Source: a virus (lineage: Duplodnaviria > Caudoviricetes). Taken from it: a stretch of 31,598 nt of DNA. The DNA is taken from the IMG/VR virus record IMGVR_UViG_3300032301_000514, positions 1 through 31,598 of that record. One strand, 5' to 3'. The notes under the pieces were generated by a model. It did no database searches. It was not told where the DNA came from and was given only the letters and a program-made list of their open reading frames with translations. Shown here in pieces: positions 7,671 through 18,275 of this stretch (position 1 is its first letter; each line of letters begins with the position of its first letter). Both the position numbers and the translations under genes were made by a program.

Positions 7671-9968
7671 TTAAGATTTTTGTTTTATTGTTCCATCAGT
7701 TTTTTGTTTCAAAGTTCCATCAGTTTTCATTTTTCCTTTGATGTAAAATTCTGAACATCCTTTGATTTTTGTTGTGAATTTCACACCATTTTCAAGATTG
7801 ATTTTGTCTGGATTGAAGAAACATTCCATTCGTGCAATTGTCGGTGTTGGAAAAGTCAAGTCACACAATGCACCAGAAAGTGGTGACAATGGATTCAGTG
7901 AATTGAAATCTGTTGGAACAATTGTGGAACAAATCCATCGTGGTGCAGATTCTTTTGGTTCAATTGTCAACATTCCCCAAATTGAAGACTGATTCCATGC
8001 TTCACCATTGACAAGTTCATGTGTTCCAACAACACGCATCAAAAGACCTTCTGTCACAATTCCAACATTTTGATTTGTGGAATCCATGAAAAGTTCAATG
8101 TTTGAAATTATTCTTTTGTCTGCATCGTAATTTTTCAAGTTGATTTCATCATCAAAAATGTATGCAAGACCACCACGAACAAGTTCAAGATGAAGATTCA
8201 ATGTCCAGTCTGGATGATTTCCATATTCAAACCAGTTTTTTGTTTGGTCATTTGGATAAAAATCTGCACTTGCATTCAATTGTTGCAACCAATATTCCCA
8301 CCGATATAAAAAAGGAAAATATATTTTCACACCATATTCATCAAATGTGTCAATTGATGGTTCAAGAACCAGAAGTGCATTTCTTTTGACTGATGTTGTT
8401 GGAAGTGTTGTCACAATTGCTTGTGATTGATTAATGATGTATTTTCCACCAACAAATGGAATTGATGCAATGTTGAAAAATGCATTTTGAAGTGTGAATG
8501 ATTCACCAGTTGAAGTGTTCAATGCTTCAATTCTTGCAGTGAATGATTCAACTGAATTGTCATTCAATGGAATTCTGAATTTTCCAATATATGCAAGGTC
8601 ATCTTCAATGTCTGCTGAATATCCAGAAGTGAAAACACCTGAATCTGTCACATTTTCTGAATGGTCAAGATATGTTGAAACATCCATTTCCAATTTTCCA
8701 CCAATTGGTGGATTCGAAATCATCTGGTCATTGAAAACAAGCAGATTAATATTTCCAAACTTGAACCACAATCTGAACAATCTGTCACCTTCATCACAAG
8801 AATCCATGAATGTGTTGAAGTCAGTGTTTGGTGTGAAGACAACATCGATTGTGAAAATTGTTCCAATTGATGTGTTTGAAATTATTTCCATCGTATATCC
8901 AGCACCAACTGGATTCAATGGTGAAGAAATTGGTGTGAACAATGGAAGAATTGATGTTTCAATTGTCATTCCAAGTTCTGACTGACTTTGCAGTTTGTTT
9001 TTGTAATATGTTTCATTGTCTGGAATATAAGATGCACCGATTCCAAAGAATGAAGAAGATGAATCAATGACAATTTGAAATGTTGTCGGTGCATCGAATG
9101 CAAGGTCTGAAACACCTTGAACAAGTGTTGCTTGTGGAACACCTGAATTGAATGCTTCATCAAACCATCCAGTGTCTGCATCTTCATTCAATTGCAAAAG
9201 ATAATTGTTTGAAGGTTCACCAGTAATTCTTTGAAAATTCATGTTTGTGTTAAATTTCAAACAATTTCCGAATGCAAAATATGAAGGTTCATAAATTCCT
9301 GACTGAATTATTTTGAAATCAATTTGATAATACAAAATATTTGATGAATTCGGTGGAACACCAGTGATTGATTGTGTGACATCAGTGATTTGAACACCTG
9401 AACTAAATTGTCCAGACCGATTTCCAATTTGAATTGCAGTTTGTGGTGTTGTTGTTGCAGTTGTCAAATCAAAAGTGAACCTTGTTTGTTCACCATCAAT
9501 CAATGAAAAACTGCTTCCAGAAGAACCATTTGCAACATGATTGATGTCAATCACAACTGAACTTCTTTTTTGTCCATAACCGACATTCAATGAAGTCACC
9601 TGAATGATTTCACCAGAACCACTTGCAATCCATGTTGGAATTGAATTGACATCCAAATCAGTTGATGTCACATTTGTCACTTGTGTAAACCATGAAGTGA
9701 TGACAGAACCACCAGAAGTGTATTTCAGAAATTGAACAACATCACCGATTCGAAATCCTTCTGTCAACCAATTGATTGAACCAGATGCAGTGACAATGTT
9801 GTCAATTGGATTCAAAACAAATGATGTTCCAGCAGTTGCAGTTGATGCTGAAATCCATGATTTCACAACAATTGATGCAAGAATTTTGTCACCAGCATCA
9901 CACTGATAAAATGTTTTTGTATTTCCAAAAATGTCAGTGTAATTTTGACTAATTATTTGAACTGGCAT
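7671..9968 (-). CDS. Large putative tail/baseplate structural protein
   Basis: 765 aa, beta-rich S/T/G composition, downstream of the tape measure. Confidence 0.65.
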   Translation of the reverse strand: MPVQIISQNYTDIFGNTKTFYQCDAGDKILASIVVKSWISASTATAGTSFVLNPIDNIVTASGSINWLTEGFRIGDVVQFLKYTSGGSVITSWFTQVTNVTSTDLDVNSIPTWIASGSGEIIQVTSLNVGYGQKRSSVVIDINHVANGSSGSSFSLIDGEQTRFTFDLTTATTTPQTAIQIGNRSGQFSSGVQITDVTQSITGVPPNSSNILYYQIDFKIIQSGIYEPSYFAFGNCLKFNTNMNFQRITGEPSNNYLLQLNEDADTGWFDEAFNSGVPQATLVQGVSDLAFDAPTTFQIVIDSSSSFFGIGASYIPDNETYYKNKLQSQSELGMTIETSILPLFTPISSPLNPVGAGYTMEIISNTSIGTIFTIDVVFTPNTDFNTFMDSCDEGDRLFRLWFKFGNINLLVFNDQMISNPPIGGKLEMDVSTYLDHSENVTDSGVFTSGYSADIEDDLAYIGKFRIPLNDNSVESFTARIEALNTSTGESFTLQNAFFNIASIPFVGGKYIINQSQAIVTTLPTTSVKRNALLVLEPSIDTFDEYGVKIYFPFLYRWEYWLQQLNASADFYPNDQTKNWFEYGNHPDWTLNLHLELVRGGLAYIFDDEINLKNYDADKRIISNIELFMDSTNQNVGIVTEGLLMRVVGTHELVNGEAWNQSSIWGMLTIEPKESAPRWICSTIVPTDFNSLNPLSPLSGALCDLTFPTPTIARMECFFNPDKINLENGVKFTTKIKGCSEFYIKGKMKTDGTLKQKTDGTIKQKS

Positions 9969-10173
9969 ATCTTTTTTGTATTTCGATTATTTTTTCAAGT
10001 TCACCTTTTTTCACTGATTCCATCAATGATTCGATGTCATTTGTTGCTTTGATTTTCAAATTGATGTGTTCATCTGGAATTTGTTGAATTGCTTTCTTTT
10101 GAAATTCAACAATTCCTTCAAGATTTTTTGTCAATCCTTCAAGCATTTTCAATGTTTCATTTTGTTTCATCAT
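9949..10173 (-). CDS. Small helical hypothetical protein
   Basis: Overlaps both neighbours; heptad-like pattern. Confidence 0.65.
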   Translation of the reverse strand: MMKQNETLKMLEGLTKNLEGIVEFQKKAIQQIPDEHINLKIKATNDIESLMESVKKGELEKIIEIQKRYASSNN

Positions 10174-11894
10174 GCATCAATTTGAAGTGTGTAAACGTGT
10201 CCAGTTGCATATTGATTTCTTTGTTTATACGTGATTTTTGCAAATGATTTTTCATCAATCCATTCACAATTCAATATTTCACACATAAGTCCATCAATGA
10301 TTGCAAAATTGTTGTCTTGCAAAGTTACAAAATCATTCGATGTCATTTGAATTCTGACATCACTTTTCAAAATCCAGTCATTTTCCTGAATCTGCTGGAT
10401 GTAGTGATATTTATTCCACAACTGAATTGCACCGACTTTGTCTTTGAAATTGACTGGTTGTCTTCCATTGATTGTCCACAAGACTTTTGTTGTTGCAAAA
10501 AATTGTTGTGAAATCATCAAAACATTCTTTCTGTCACCGATTTGTGCTTCATAGTTTGTTCCACCACCAAAGACACCAGTGACTGCATCAATTACACTTG
10601 CAAGTGCTTTTGCTAATGATTCCAACCAGTTCAGTTTTTCTTTTCTTGCACCAAGTGCAAAAGGAATGTTGACATCTTGAAGTCCTTTGATTGAAACAAG
10701 GTCTTGATTGATGAATGATGTTGGTTCAGTTGAAAATTCACAATTGTGGATGTCATAAAGTACACCATCACATGAATGAATTTCACTGAAATCGGTCTGA
10801 TAATGGATGTAATATCTTTTCCAGACTTCATCGGTGTTGTATTGAAATTCATCATCACGTTCACTTTGAAGTGAAAGTGCTGGAATCAATTGATTTGTTG
10901 TTTGATTCATCCACCAGTCACGTCTTTCAAACCTGACAACACCATTGTTCACTTTGATTTGTCCATTGAACATTGTTTGCATTCCTTCAATGAATGATTG
11001 CAGTGTCGGTGTTGTGTCTGATGAAGATGGAACACCTTTGTTGAATGCATTGTTCAAAAATGCTGGTTGGTAGTCAAAAATTGATTGTCGATTTTTCACA
11101 AGTGGAACTGGAAGAATTGTCCAGTTTGGTTCTGAATCCAAAAGTGTTGATTCAAATGTGAAACCAAGATGTTGACATGATTTTGTCATCAATTCTTTGA
11201 ATTTACATCCTTTGAAATTTCGAATCGGTGGAAATAACAACATGAAAAGTTGTGTTGCAAGGTCAATGACAAGTGCAAGAATCAAAATGAAATATGCAAT
11301 TCTTGCAAGACCTTTGATGACTGCAACAATCACGTCACCAGTGTCAATTGATGGTGGAATTCCGATGTTTGGTGTTGATGCTTGAATCACTTCTGAAATT
11401 GAATCAACAACTGCTTGTCCAGCAGAAACAAGTTCTTTTCCCATCACATAAAGTGAAATCAAAAGTGAAATTGCTTGTTCCACTTGATTTGGTGTGACAA
11501 CCACGTATGGAATTGTTTCAAGATTGTATTGAACACCTTTTGCAAGAAACCATTCAAATGTTGCACCAGATGCTTTTTCAAAGAAGTCATCTTCACCTTT
11601 CCTTTTCTTCAATGCAACTTCACATTCAAAATTTTTGAATTTGGTGGATGAATCAAGAAGGTCAACATAATAATTCAGGACAACACCACCATCAAGTTCA
11701 ATTCGATATGGAACACCTTCAAAAAGACCTTGTGATTGAATGTGATTTTTGATGATTTCATTTCCTTCACGTGGCAAAATTACATTGTCAGTTGTCAATT
11801 TCATCACTTCTGGATTTCCAGTGAAATCAGAAACAATTCCGATGTCAGTCCGATTTCGTGGTGAAATTTCAATGTCATTCAAAAAGTGTTTCAT
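10170..11894 (-). CDS. Putative tail tip/hub protein with hydrophobic segments
   Basis: Immediately after the tape measure; hydrophobic stretch IAYFILILALVIDL. Confidence 0.6.
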   Translation of the reverse strand: MKHFLNDIEISPRNRTDIGIVSDFTGNPEVMKLTTDNVILPREGNEIIKNHIQSQGLFEGVPYRIELDGGVVLNYYVDLLDSSTKFKNFECEVALKKRKGEDDFFEKASGATFEWFLAKGVQYNLETIPYVVVTPNQVEQAISLLISLYVMGKELVSAGQAVVDSISEVIQASTPNIGIPPSIDTGDVIVAVIKGLARIAYFILILALVIDLATQLFMLLFPPIRNFKGCKFKELMTKSCQHLGFTFESTLLDSEPNWTILPVPLVKNRQSIFDYQPAFLNNAFNKGVPSSSDTTPTLQSFIEGMQTMFNGQIKVNNGVVRFERRDWWMNQTTNQLIPALSLQSERDDEFQYNTDEVWKRYYIHYQTDFSEIHSCDGVLYDIHNCEFSTEPTSFINQDLVSIKGLQDVNIPFALGARKEKLNWLESLAKALASVIDAVTGVFGGGTNYEAQIGDRKNVLMISQQFFATTKVLWTINGRQPVNFKDKVGAIQLWNKYHYIQQIQENDWILKSDVRIQMTSNDFVTLQDNNFAIIDGLMCEILNCEWIDEKSFAKITYKQRNQYATGHVYTLQIDA

Positions 11895-14800
11895 GGTCTG
11901 ATTTTGTATCTGTTAAAAATTTTAGTATTTCCAGTTTTTGTTGTTTTCACAATTTCCATCATTGATTGTGTAATTTCACCAAGTTCAATGTTTGTTTCTG
12001 GTTTGTTTCTGATGGTTTCAGTCAACAAATCAATCTTGTTTGCAAGAAGTGCAGTGTCAAGTGCAGATGCAGATTGAAAGTCACCTTTCATCAGACTTCC
12101 AGTTCTTGATTCAGTTGCAAGTTTTGCAAGTTGTTCATTCGACATTGCACCAATTTGTTGATTCAAGTGTTTTGGAACAACACGTTCATTTGGATGAAGA
12201 ATTGCATGAAAACCACCTTTTCCATCAACACCACGACCATTTTTTCCAGTGTCTTCTGTTCCTTCTTCAAATGCTGGAATTGTTGCAATGAATGTTTGCA
12301 AAAGTGCAATGTCTTTGATGGTGTCTGCAAGTGGTGTTTTTGAACCACCTTCAACTTTTTGTGAATATGTTGTCAATGCAGTTTCTGCAAGTTTGATTCT
12401 TTGAATTCGTTTTTGTTCTTTTTCTTTTTTCTTGTTTGCTTCATCAATGATTTTCTGATTTTCTGCAAGTGATTGTTGTGCAGTGATATTTCCATTTTTT
12501 GCAAGGTCTTCAAGCATTGTTTGTGTCTTTTCAGCACTTGCAATTTCCTTGTCAAGTTGTGCAATCTTCTTTTCTGATTGTTTCACAAAATAGTCAGCAG
12601 TTGCCTTGATGACTTCTTGAATTGCTTTCTGCTTTTCTGCTTCTTTTTTCAATTCATCTGCATCTGATTTTGCTTTGTCATCTGCATTTTCCTTGTTAAA
12701 TTTTTTATTTCCATCAAGAATCTTCTGATTTGCATCTGTTTTTGCTTTCACCTTGTCATCTTCCAGTTTTTTCTGGTCATCAACAAGTTTTTCATCAAGA
12801 ACAAGTGTTTTCAATCGCAAATCATCATCACGTTGTGCATTTTCAATGTCAAGTTGCTTCAATTTTGCTTGAAAATCTGCTTCAATTTTTGCTTTGTCTG
12901 CAACTGAAATTCCTTCTTGATTCATCAATTCGATTTTTTCGACAATCAATTTGTTCAATTCAGTTTCTTTTGCAATTTCATTGTCAATGACCATCTGATT
13001 GACTGCAAACTGCTTTCTTTGTTCAAGATTCTTTGCTTCAAGTGCATATCTTTCAGCAATTTTTGCATTCAATTCAGTGTTTGCATTGTTTAATGCTTCA
13101 AGGTTTGCTTTGTCAACTGCATCTTGTTCTTCTGGTGTTTTTGCTTGTTGCAATGTCACACCCAAAACAACATTTCCAGTTTCTGCTTGTGCTTTTCCTT
13201 TTTCAACAAGTGCATCAATTTCTTTTGTCATGTCTGCAACTGCACGATTTTGATAAATTTCTTCAAGTTGTTGCATCAAATCAATTGATTCCTGAATGTA
13301 GTCATTGACATCAGACAATGCAGTTCTGAATTCTTTTGCAGAATCAGTTGCACCATGAAATGATTCTTTTGTTTTCTGAATATTGACAGAATAGTCTTGT
13401 GTTGTTTGTGATGCTTCAAGAAGTGAAACACGTGATTCATCATTTATGTCTTTGAATGACTTTGCATCGATATTGTATTGATTCAATGATGCTTGTGTTG
13501 ATGCAATCTTTTTGTTCAATGCATCAATTTTCTGTCCATATCCACCATATTCATCAAAGACAACACCAAATTTCTTCATGACATCTTGAATTCTTTGACT
13601 TTCAGCAGTTTCTTCAACACCCAACATTCCAGTGCTTTGAAATTTGTCTGCTAATGGTTTCAAATTTTTGTATTGTGCTTTCAAAACATTCAAATTGTGT
13701 TGATTCAAGTCAGCACCATCTTTTGATTTTTTGATGTATTTGTCTTGAATTTTGATGTTTGCTTCTGACATTTCTTTTTCAAGTCTTGCTTTGTCAGTTG
13801 CAGATTTTGCACCAGCAATTTTTGTTCTGTAAAGAAGTTCAGATTTTCTTATTTCTTCATCGTATGCTTTTCTTGTTTTGTCTGAAACTTTCGATGCATC
13901 TTCTGCACCTTTTTGTTGTGCTTCTTTGAAAAGGTCTGCTTGTCTTCTGGCTTCTGCACTTGCAGATGCAACATTTGCCCACCAATTATAAAGTTCCACC
14001 AACAATGAAATAATCAAAACAAATGGAATTGCTTTCATTGCATTTCCAGCACCTTTCATTGCAGTTCCAGATGCAGTTGCAGTTGTTCCAACCATTTGTT
14101 GTGACCTTGAAAGTTGAATTTGTTCCAAACGATACGCACGTGTGTATGGAATATTTTTCAACAAGGTTTGACCAAGTTCTTTGAAACCACCATTTGCAAT
14201 CCATTGTTGTGCTTGAATTGCTTTCAATGTTCCTTTGTAGATTAACCATGTTCTGATGACTTTTCCAACAATTGTCATGATTGTTCCAAGATTTGCACCA
14301 AGAAATTTCAATCCATCAATCAGATTCTGCATTGCACCACCACCAGAACCAAGTTGTGTGAACATTGCAAAGAACGAATTCTTCAATTCCATCAATGCAT
14401 GACCAAGTGTGTTGGTTCTTTGTTGTGCTTGTTCAGTTGCAGTTCCTTGTTCGTACATCTGACCATTCAATTCTTTGATTCTTTCAGTGTTTTGAAGAAG
14501 TGCAAGTGATGCAGTTGCATTTTCAGTTCCAAAGACTTTCATCAATGCACCAGTGTCTTCTGTCAATGGTTTCAACATTTCCAGTTTTTGTGTGATTGAC
14601 AATGCTGGATTTGCAAGTTCAGTCAATGAAATTCCAAGACCTTCAAGTCTTTCTTGTGCTTCTTTTGGAAGTGCATCTGGTGCTGACAATTTCAACATCA
14701 CATTTCGAAGTGCAGTTCCAGCTTCTGCACCTTTCAGACCTTTTTCTGCAAGAAGTTCAATCATTGCAGTTGATTCTTCGACTGATGTTCCAGTTGATTT

Positions 14801-16006
14801 TGCAACTGCACCAAACTTCAAAAGTGCTTCTGTAATTTGTGGAATTTCAGCAGAACCGAATTTTGCACCATTTGCAAGAACATTCACGAATTTGTCTGCT
14901 TCACTTGCAGATGCACCGAATTGATTCATTGCATCGGTCAATGCAGTTGCAGATTCTGGAAGTGTCATTCCAGATGCTTGTGACAAAGTGATTGCAGATT
15001 GTGTCACTGCATCAAGTGCTTGTGCATTTTCAAGAAGTTCTGGTTTTGCTGAACCGATTAATTTGTATGCTTCAACAACTGCACTTGCACCACCTTCAAC
15101 ATTGACACCAAGTTTGTTTGCTTGTTCTGCATAAAATGCAAGGTCTGCACCACCAGCACCAGTGATTGCTTGTAAATCTGCAACTTGTTGATTGAAATTC
15201 ATCAATTCTTTGACACCTGACTGAATGACAGAACCAACACCGAATGCAAGACCAAGTTGACCAAGACCATTCTTCAATTTGTCAACTGCACCAGTGTAAT
15301 TTCCAACATTTCTGAAATTGTCACCGACTTGTGCATCAATTTTCTTCAATTGTGCATCTGCAAGTTGTGCTTGTTTCGTGACTTGACCATATTTTGTTGC
15401 AAGTTTTGAATATTCATCAGTGTTTTTCTTTCCAGCAACTTCCAGTGCAATCATTTGTGATGCAAGTTCCTTCGATGCATTCTTCAATTCACGTGTCTTG
15501 ACAACAAGTTGATTGTATGCAGATGCTTCTTTCTTTGCAAGTGCTTCTGCTTTTGCAAGTTCTTTGTTCTTGATTGCTTCTGCACGTTCAAGTTCACGTG
15601 TCAATCGTGCTTGTTCACGTTTGGTTTTGATGCTTTCAGTTTCTGCTTTTGATGCTTGTTGTTGTGCTTTTGCAGATTCTGCAAGTCTTTTTGCATGAAG
15701 TGCTTCCAGTTTTTCAATTTCTTGTGTTGATTTTGTCAACTGCTGGTTTGCTTTTGATTTCAATGTTTCAATCGAAATTGCTTCTTTCATCAATTTGTTC
15801 GATTCTGCTTGTGCTTTGTTCAGTTCATTGATTGATTTCGATGAATCAAACTTTGCACCACCGACTGCTTTCTTCAATGTTTCAGCAGTGGTGACAACTT
15901 CACGATTCATTGATTCAAGTGTTGTGATTGTTTTTTCAGCACTTTCACGAATTGCTTTGAAAATGTCAATTTCCTTGAATATGTCATCAATTCCAATTTT
16001 CTTCAT
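11891..16006 (-). CDS. Tail tape measure protein (TP901-family core)
   Basis: 1371 aa, helical and Ala-rich; core LAEKGLKGAEAGTALRNV, FRNVGNY motif, C-terminal FEEG..HPNERVVP. Confidence 0.93.
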   Translation of the reverse strand: MKKIGIDDIFKEIDIFKAIRESAEKTITTLESMNREVVTTAETLKKAVGGAKFDSSKSINELNKAQAESNKLMKEAISIETLKSKANQQLTKSTQEIEKLEALHAKRLAESAKAQQQASKAETESIKTKREQARLTRELERAEAIKNKELAKAEALAKKEASAYNQLVVKTRELKNASKELASQMIALEVAGKKNTDEYSKLATKYGQVTKQAQLADAQLKKIDAQVGDNFRNVGNYTGAVDKLKNGLGQLGLAFGVGSVIQSGVKELMNFNQQVADLQAITGAGGADLAFYAEQANKLGVNVEGGASAVVEAYKLIGSAKPELLENAQALDAVTQSAITLSQASGMTLPESATALTDAMNQFGASASEADKFVNVLANGAKFGSAEIPQITEALLKFGAVAKSTGTSVEESTAMIELLAEKGLKGAEAGTALRNVMLKLSAPDALPKEAQERLEGLGISLTELANPALSITQKLEMLKPLTEDTGALMKVFGTENATASLALLQNTERIKELNGQMYEQGTATEQAQQRTNTLGHALMELKNSFFAMFTQLGSGGGAMQNLIDGLKFLGANLGTIMTIVGKVIRTWLIYKGTLKAIQAQQWIANGGFKELGQTLLKNIPYTRAYRLEQIQLSRSQQMVGTTATASGTAMKGAGNAMKAIPFVLIISLLVELYNWWANVASASAEARRQADLFKEAQQKGAEDASKVSDKTRKAYDEEIRKSELLYRTKIAGAKSATDKARLEKEMSEANIKIQDKYIKKSKDGADLNQHNLNVLKAQYKNLKPLADKFQSTGMLGVEETAESQRIQDVMKKFGVVFDEYGGYGQKIDALNKKIASTQASLNQYNIDAKSFKDINDESRVSLLEASQTTQDYSVNIQKTKESFHGATDSAKEFRTALSDVNDYIQESIDLMQQLEEIYQNRAVADMTKEIDALVEKGKAQAETGNVVLGVTLQQAKTPEEQDAVDKANLEALNNANTELNAKIAERYALEAKNLEQRKQFAVNQMVIDNEIAKETELNKLIVEKIELMNQEGISVADKAKIEADFQAKLKQLDIENAQRDDDLRLKTLVLDEKLVDDQKKLEDDKVKAKTDANQKILDGNKKFNKENADDKAKSDADELKKEAEKQKAIQEVIKATADYFVKQSEKKIAQLDKEIASAEKTQTMLEDLAKNGNITAQQSLAENQKIIDEANKKKEKEQKRIQRIKLAETALTTYSQKVEGGSKTPLADTIKDIALLQTFIATIPAFEEGTEDTGKNGRGVDGKGGFHAILHPNERVVPKHLNQQIGAMSNEQLAKLATESRTGSLMKGDFQSASALDTALLANKIDLLTETIRNKPETNIELGEITQSMMEIVKTTKTGNTKIFNRYKIRP

Positions 16007-16013
16007 CTTTTTT

Positions 16014-16469
16014 TTATTTTGAAGTTTTTAAACTTTTTTCGAATTCTTTCATCATGTCAAAATATTCACGTGTTGTGACTTTTTTTGAATCAATCCAGTG
16101 ATTCATCCATTTCGATAAGTGAACAAGTGTTTGTTCAATGGTCATTCCATTTTTGTTGTTGTTGACCATGTTTTCAAGTCTGACAATCTGCATTTCAACT
16201 TCTGTCAATTTGAACCGATTTCTTGTCAACACAAAATCAAGTTCAAGCAATGTTTTTTTGTGCATGGTTTTCAGAAGTTTGATGTACGTTTCAGAAAGAC
16301 CAAATTCTTTGATGTAAGAATCGAAAATCTTTTCAAAGTGTAATTCATCCAGAAATTGATTTCCATGCTTGAAATCTTTCCTGACATACTTCATTTGACC
16401 ATTTGTGCATTTTATCCAATTGAACAATGGAAGTTCTTCAATGTCATTGTAGTAATTTATTGACTTCAT
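16014..16469 (-). CDS. Hypothetical protein before the tape measure (possible tail assembly chaperone)
   Basis: Likely start MKSINYYNDIEELP at 16469; functional call is positional. Confidence 0.6.
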   Translation of the reverse strand: MKSINYYNDIEELPLFNWIKCTNGQMKYVRKDFKHGNQFLDELHFEKIFDSYIKEFGLSETYIKLLKTMHKKTLLELDFVLTRNRFKLTEVEMQIVRLENMVNNNKNGMTIEQTLVHLSKWMNHWIDSKKVTTREYFDMMKEFEKSLKTSK

Positions 16470-16905
16470 CGATGAATCTTTTCTTGATTTCAATTGCAAG
16501 TTTTTCTTTGTTTTCATCAGTAAGTCCGACAATACCTTCACCATATTTTTCAAAAAGGTTCTTTTTTTTTCCATCTTCATCAATTTTGACTGGTTGTGCT
16601 TCAACAACAAATGAATCATTCAAAACAACAATTCGCATCGATTTGTAAAATTCACCAGTGTCAAAAAGTGTGTAATGACTTCCAGCAACTTTGTCTGGAT
16701 TCAACATTTCAGTCCATTCAGAATAAGTTCCAATGATGTCACCATCTTCATCAACACCTTCTTTGAACAACTGGTCTTGTTGAATCATTTCAAGAATCAT
16801 GTTTGACAATGTCTTGTCCATGAATACCTTGTGCCAAATTGTTGAAGTGTGAAGTGTTCGAAGTTTGTTCAGCACTGCACCGATTTCTGTCTGCATCAAA
16901 TCCAT
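16444..16905 (-). CDS. Putative tail completion/morphogenesis protein (HK97 gp10-like)
   Basis: TLFDTGEFYKSM resembles the DTG.L..S motif; tail operon position. Confidence 0.55.
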   Translation of the reverse strand: MDLMQTEIGAVLNKLRTLHTSTIWHKVFMDKTLSNMILEMIQQDQLFKEGVDEDGDIIGTYSEWTEMLNPDKVAGSHYTLFDTGEFYKSMRIVVLNDSFVVEAQPVKIDEDGKKKNLFEKYGEGIVGLTDENKEKLAIEIKKRFIDEVNKLLQ

Positions 16906-16909
16906 TTCA

Positions 16910-16917
16910 CAAAGTTA
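16910..16917 (-). promoter_or_regulatory. Promoter element TAACTTTG
   Basis: Directly after a terminator; 4 nt before ATG 16905. Confidence 0.6.
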
Positions 16918-16919
16918 CT

Positions 16920-16951
16920 AAAAAAGGGAACACATTTCTGCATTCCCTTTT
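16920..16951 (-). terminator. Intrinsic terminator
   Basis: Minus strand AAGGGAATGCA-GAAA-TGTGTTCCCTT followed by a T-run. Confidence 0.85.
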
Positions 16952-16980
16952 CTTCATTTCATTCTTCAATCAATTCATTT

Positions 16981-17334
16981 TCATGCTTTGACTGCTTCTT
17001 GTTTGATGTCTGAAACTTTGAATTTGTCCTTCCATTTGACCATTTCATTTTCAAAAATCTGAATTGTTCTTTCGAATGATTCTTCATTTTCAACTTTGAA
17101 ATGATTCAGCAAAAAGACTTTCATTGTTTCAGCATTCATCTTTTGCAAATCAATCACATTGACTGAATATTTTCCTGAAACAATCTGAAATGTTGATTGA
17201 AACAATGCAACAATTTTTTGTTGTGGAATGCTTCCATTCATTGTGAAGTATTTGATTGCAGTTTTGACATCCTTGAATGTTCGCATTCCTTCTTCATTGA
17301 AAGGAATCATCAGTTTTGTTTTTTTCTTTGCCAT
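16981..17334 (-). CDS. Hypothetical protein following the major tail protein
   Basis: 117-aa ORF ending before the terminator. Confidence 0.7.
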   Translation of the reverse strand: MAKKKTKLMIPFNEEGMRTFKDVKTAIKYFTMNGSIPQQKIVALFQSTFQIVSGKYSVNVIDLQKMNAETMKVFLLNHFKVENEESFERTIQIFENEMVKWKDKFKVSDIKQEAVKA

Positions 17335-17344
17335 TTTTCAAGAA

Positions 17345-18235
17345 TTAAGCAGTCCAAGAATAAGAACCAGTGAAACCAGTTTTGATGATTGTGATTGTGT
17401 ATTCAGTTCCAGCAGTGAATGCAAATGACAATGTGTAATTTCCATCAACATTTTCCACAACTGAAATCGGTGTCAACACACCACCAGCATCTGACAACTG
17501 GAAGTCAGCAGTCACTGCACCAATGAATTTGATTGGATTGTATGCAGTACCATAGTCAAGAACTGCATCAAAAGTGATGTCAGCTAATGTTTCAACTGAA
17601 TTGATTGCATTCACATCAACAAGACCTTCAAGTTCATTGAAGTTTTGTCCAGCTTCTGTTGGTGTTATCATGTACATTGTTGATTCATCAAACAATCTGT
17701 CAAAATCGAATGCAACCATGATTTTTGAAGTTGTTGTGTCAGTTGCAAACATATATTTCGGGTCAAATGATGGATTGTCCACTGGAATTGGAAACAAGAA
17801 ACCATTCACTTTTGAACCGACAAGATTTCCATTCACATCCACGATGAAAACACCAAAATCAACACATCGGTTGTTTTGCATTTTTCCAAGAAGTGTTGGT
17901 GAAGAATCTTCTGACCACAATTCACCAGCAAAACTTCTTTTTCCTTGTCTGATGAACACCATTCTTCCAGAATTTGCTTCTTCAAAAGTTGTGTCTGCTT
18001 TTGCAAGTTCCACATTTTCGAATGCTGGAAGTGGAAACCATCTTTTTGATGCATCCAGTTCATTCACCAAATCATTCCAAACTGGAATTGGTGCAGATAA
18101 ATCAATCGAATTCAATGTTCCATCATTTGCTTTCAAAGGAACAAGAATCAATTTTGAAGTGACCGATTGAATCGGAACACAATTAGGTCTTCCAGTATTG
18201 GACAAACCTGAATTACAATTACATCCTAATGACAT
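17345..18235 (-). CDS. Putative major tail tube protein
   Basis: Position between neck genes and tape measure; likely start MSLGCNC after an A-rich leader; Ig-like C-terminal region. Confidence 0.65.
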   Translation of the reverse strand: MSLGCNCNSGLSNTGRPNCVPIQSVTSKLILVPLKANDGTLNSIDLSAPIPVWNDLVNELDASKRWFPLPAFENVELAKADTTFEEANSGRMVFIRQGKRSFAGELWSEDSSPTLLGKMQNNRCVDFGVFIVDVNGNLVGSKVNGFLFPIPVDNPSFDPKYMFATDTTTSKIMVAFDFDRLFDESTMYMITPTEAGQNFNELEGLVDVNAINSVETLADITFDAVLDYGTAYNPIKFIGAVTADFQLSDAGGVLTPISVVENVDGNYTLSFAFTAGTEYTITIIKTGFTGSYSWTA

Positions 18236-18275
18236 TTTTTTTCGTTTTAATTTTTTTTTGCACCAAAATCGGTGA

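Noticed and set aside
10320-10327. TAACTTTG match inside the 574-aa tail gene
   Set aside because: Intragenic, lacks the ACT extension and is far from a start codon; a chance match is plausible.
17574-18170. Long plus-strand ORFs (e.g. 198 aa here, 8494-8985, 4855-5301, 783-1205)
   Set aside because: Antisense shadows of real genes; TpA depletion removes TAA/TAG stops and lengthens spurious frames; no recognisable motifs or leaders.
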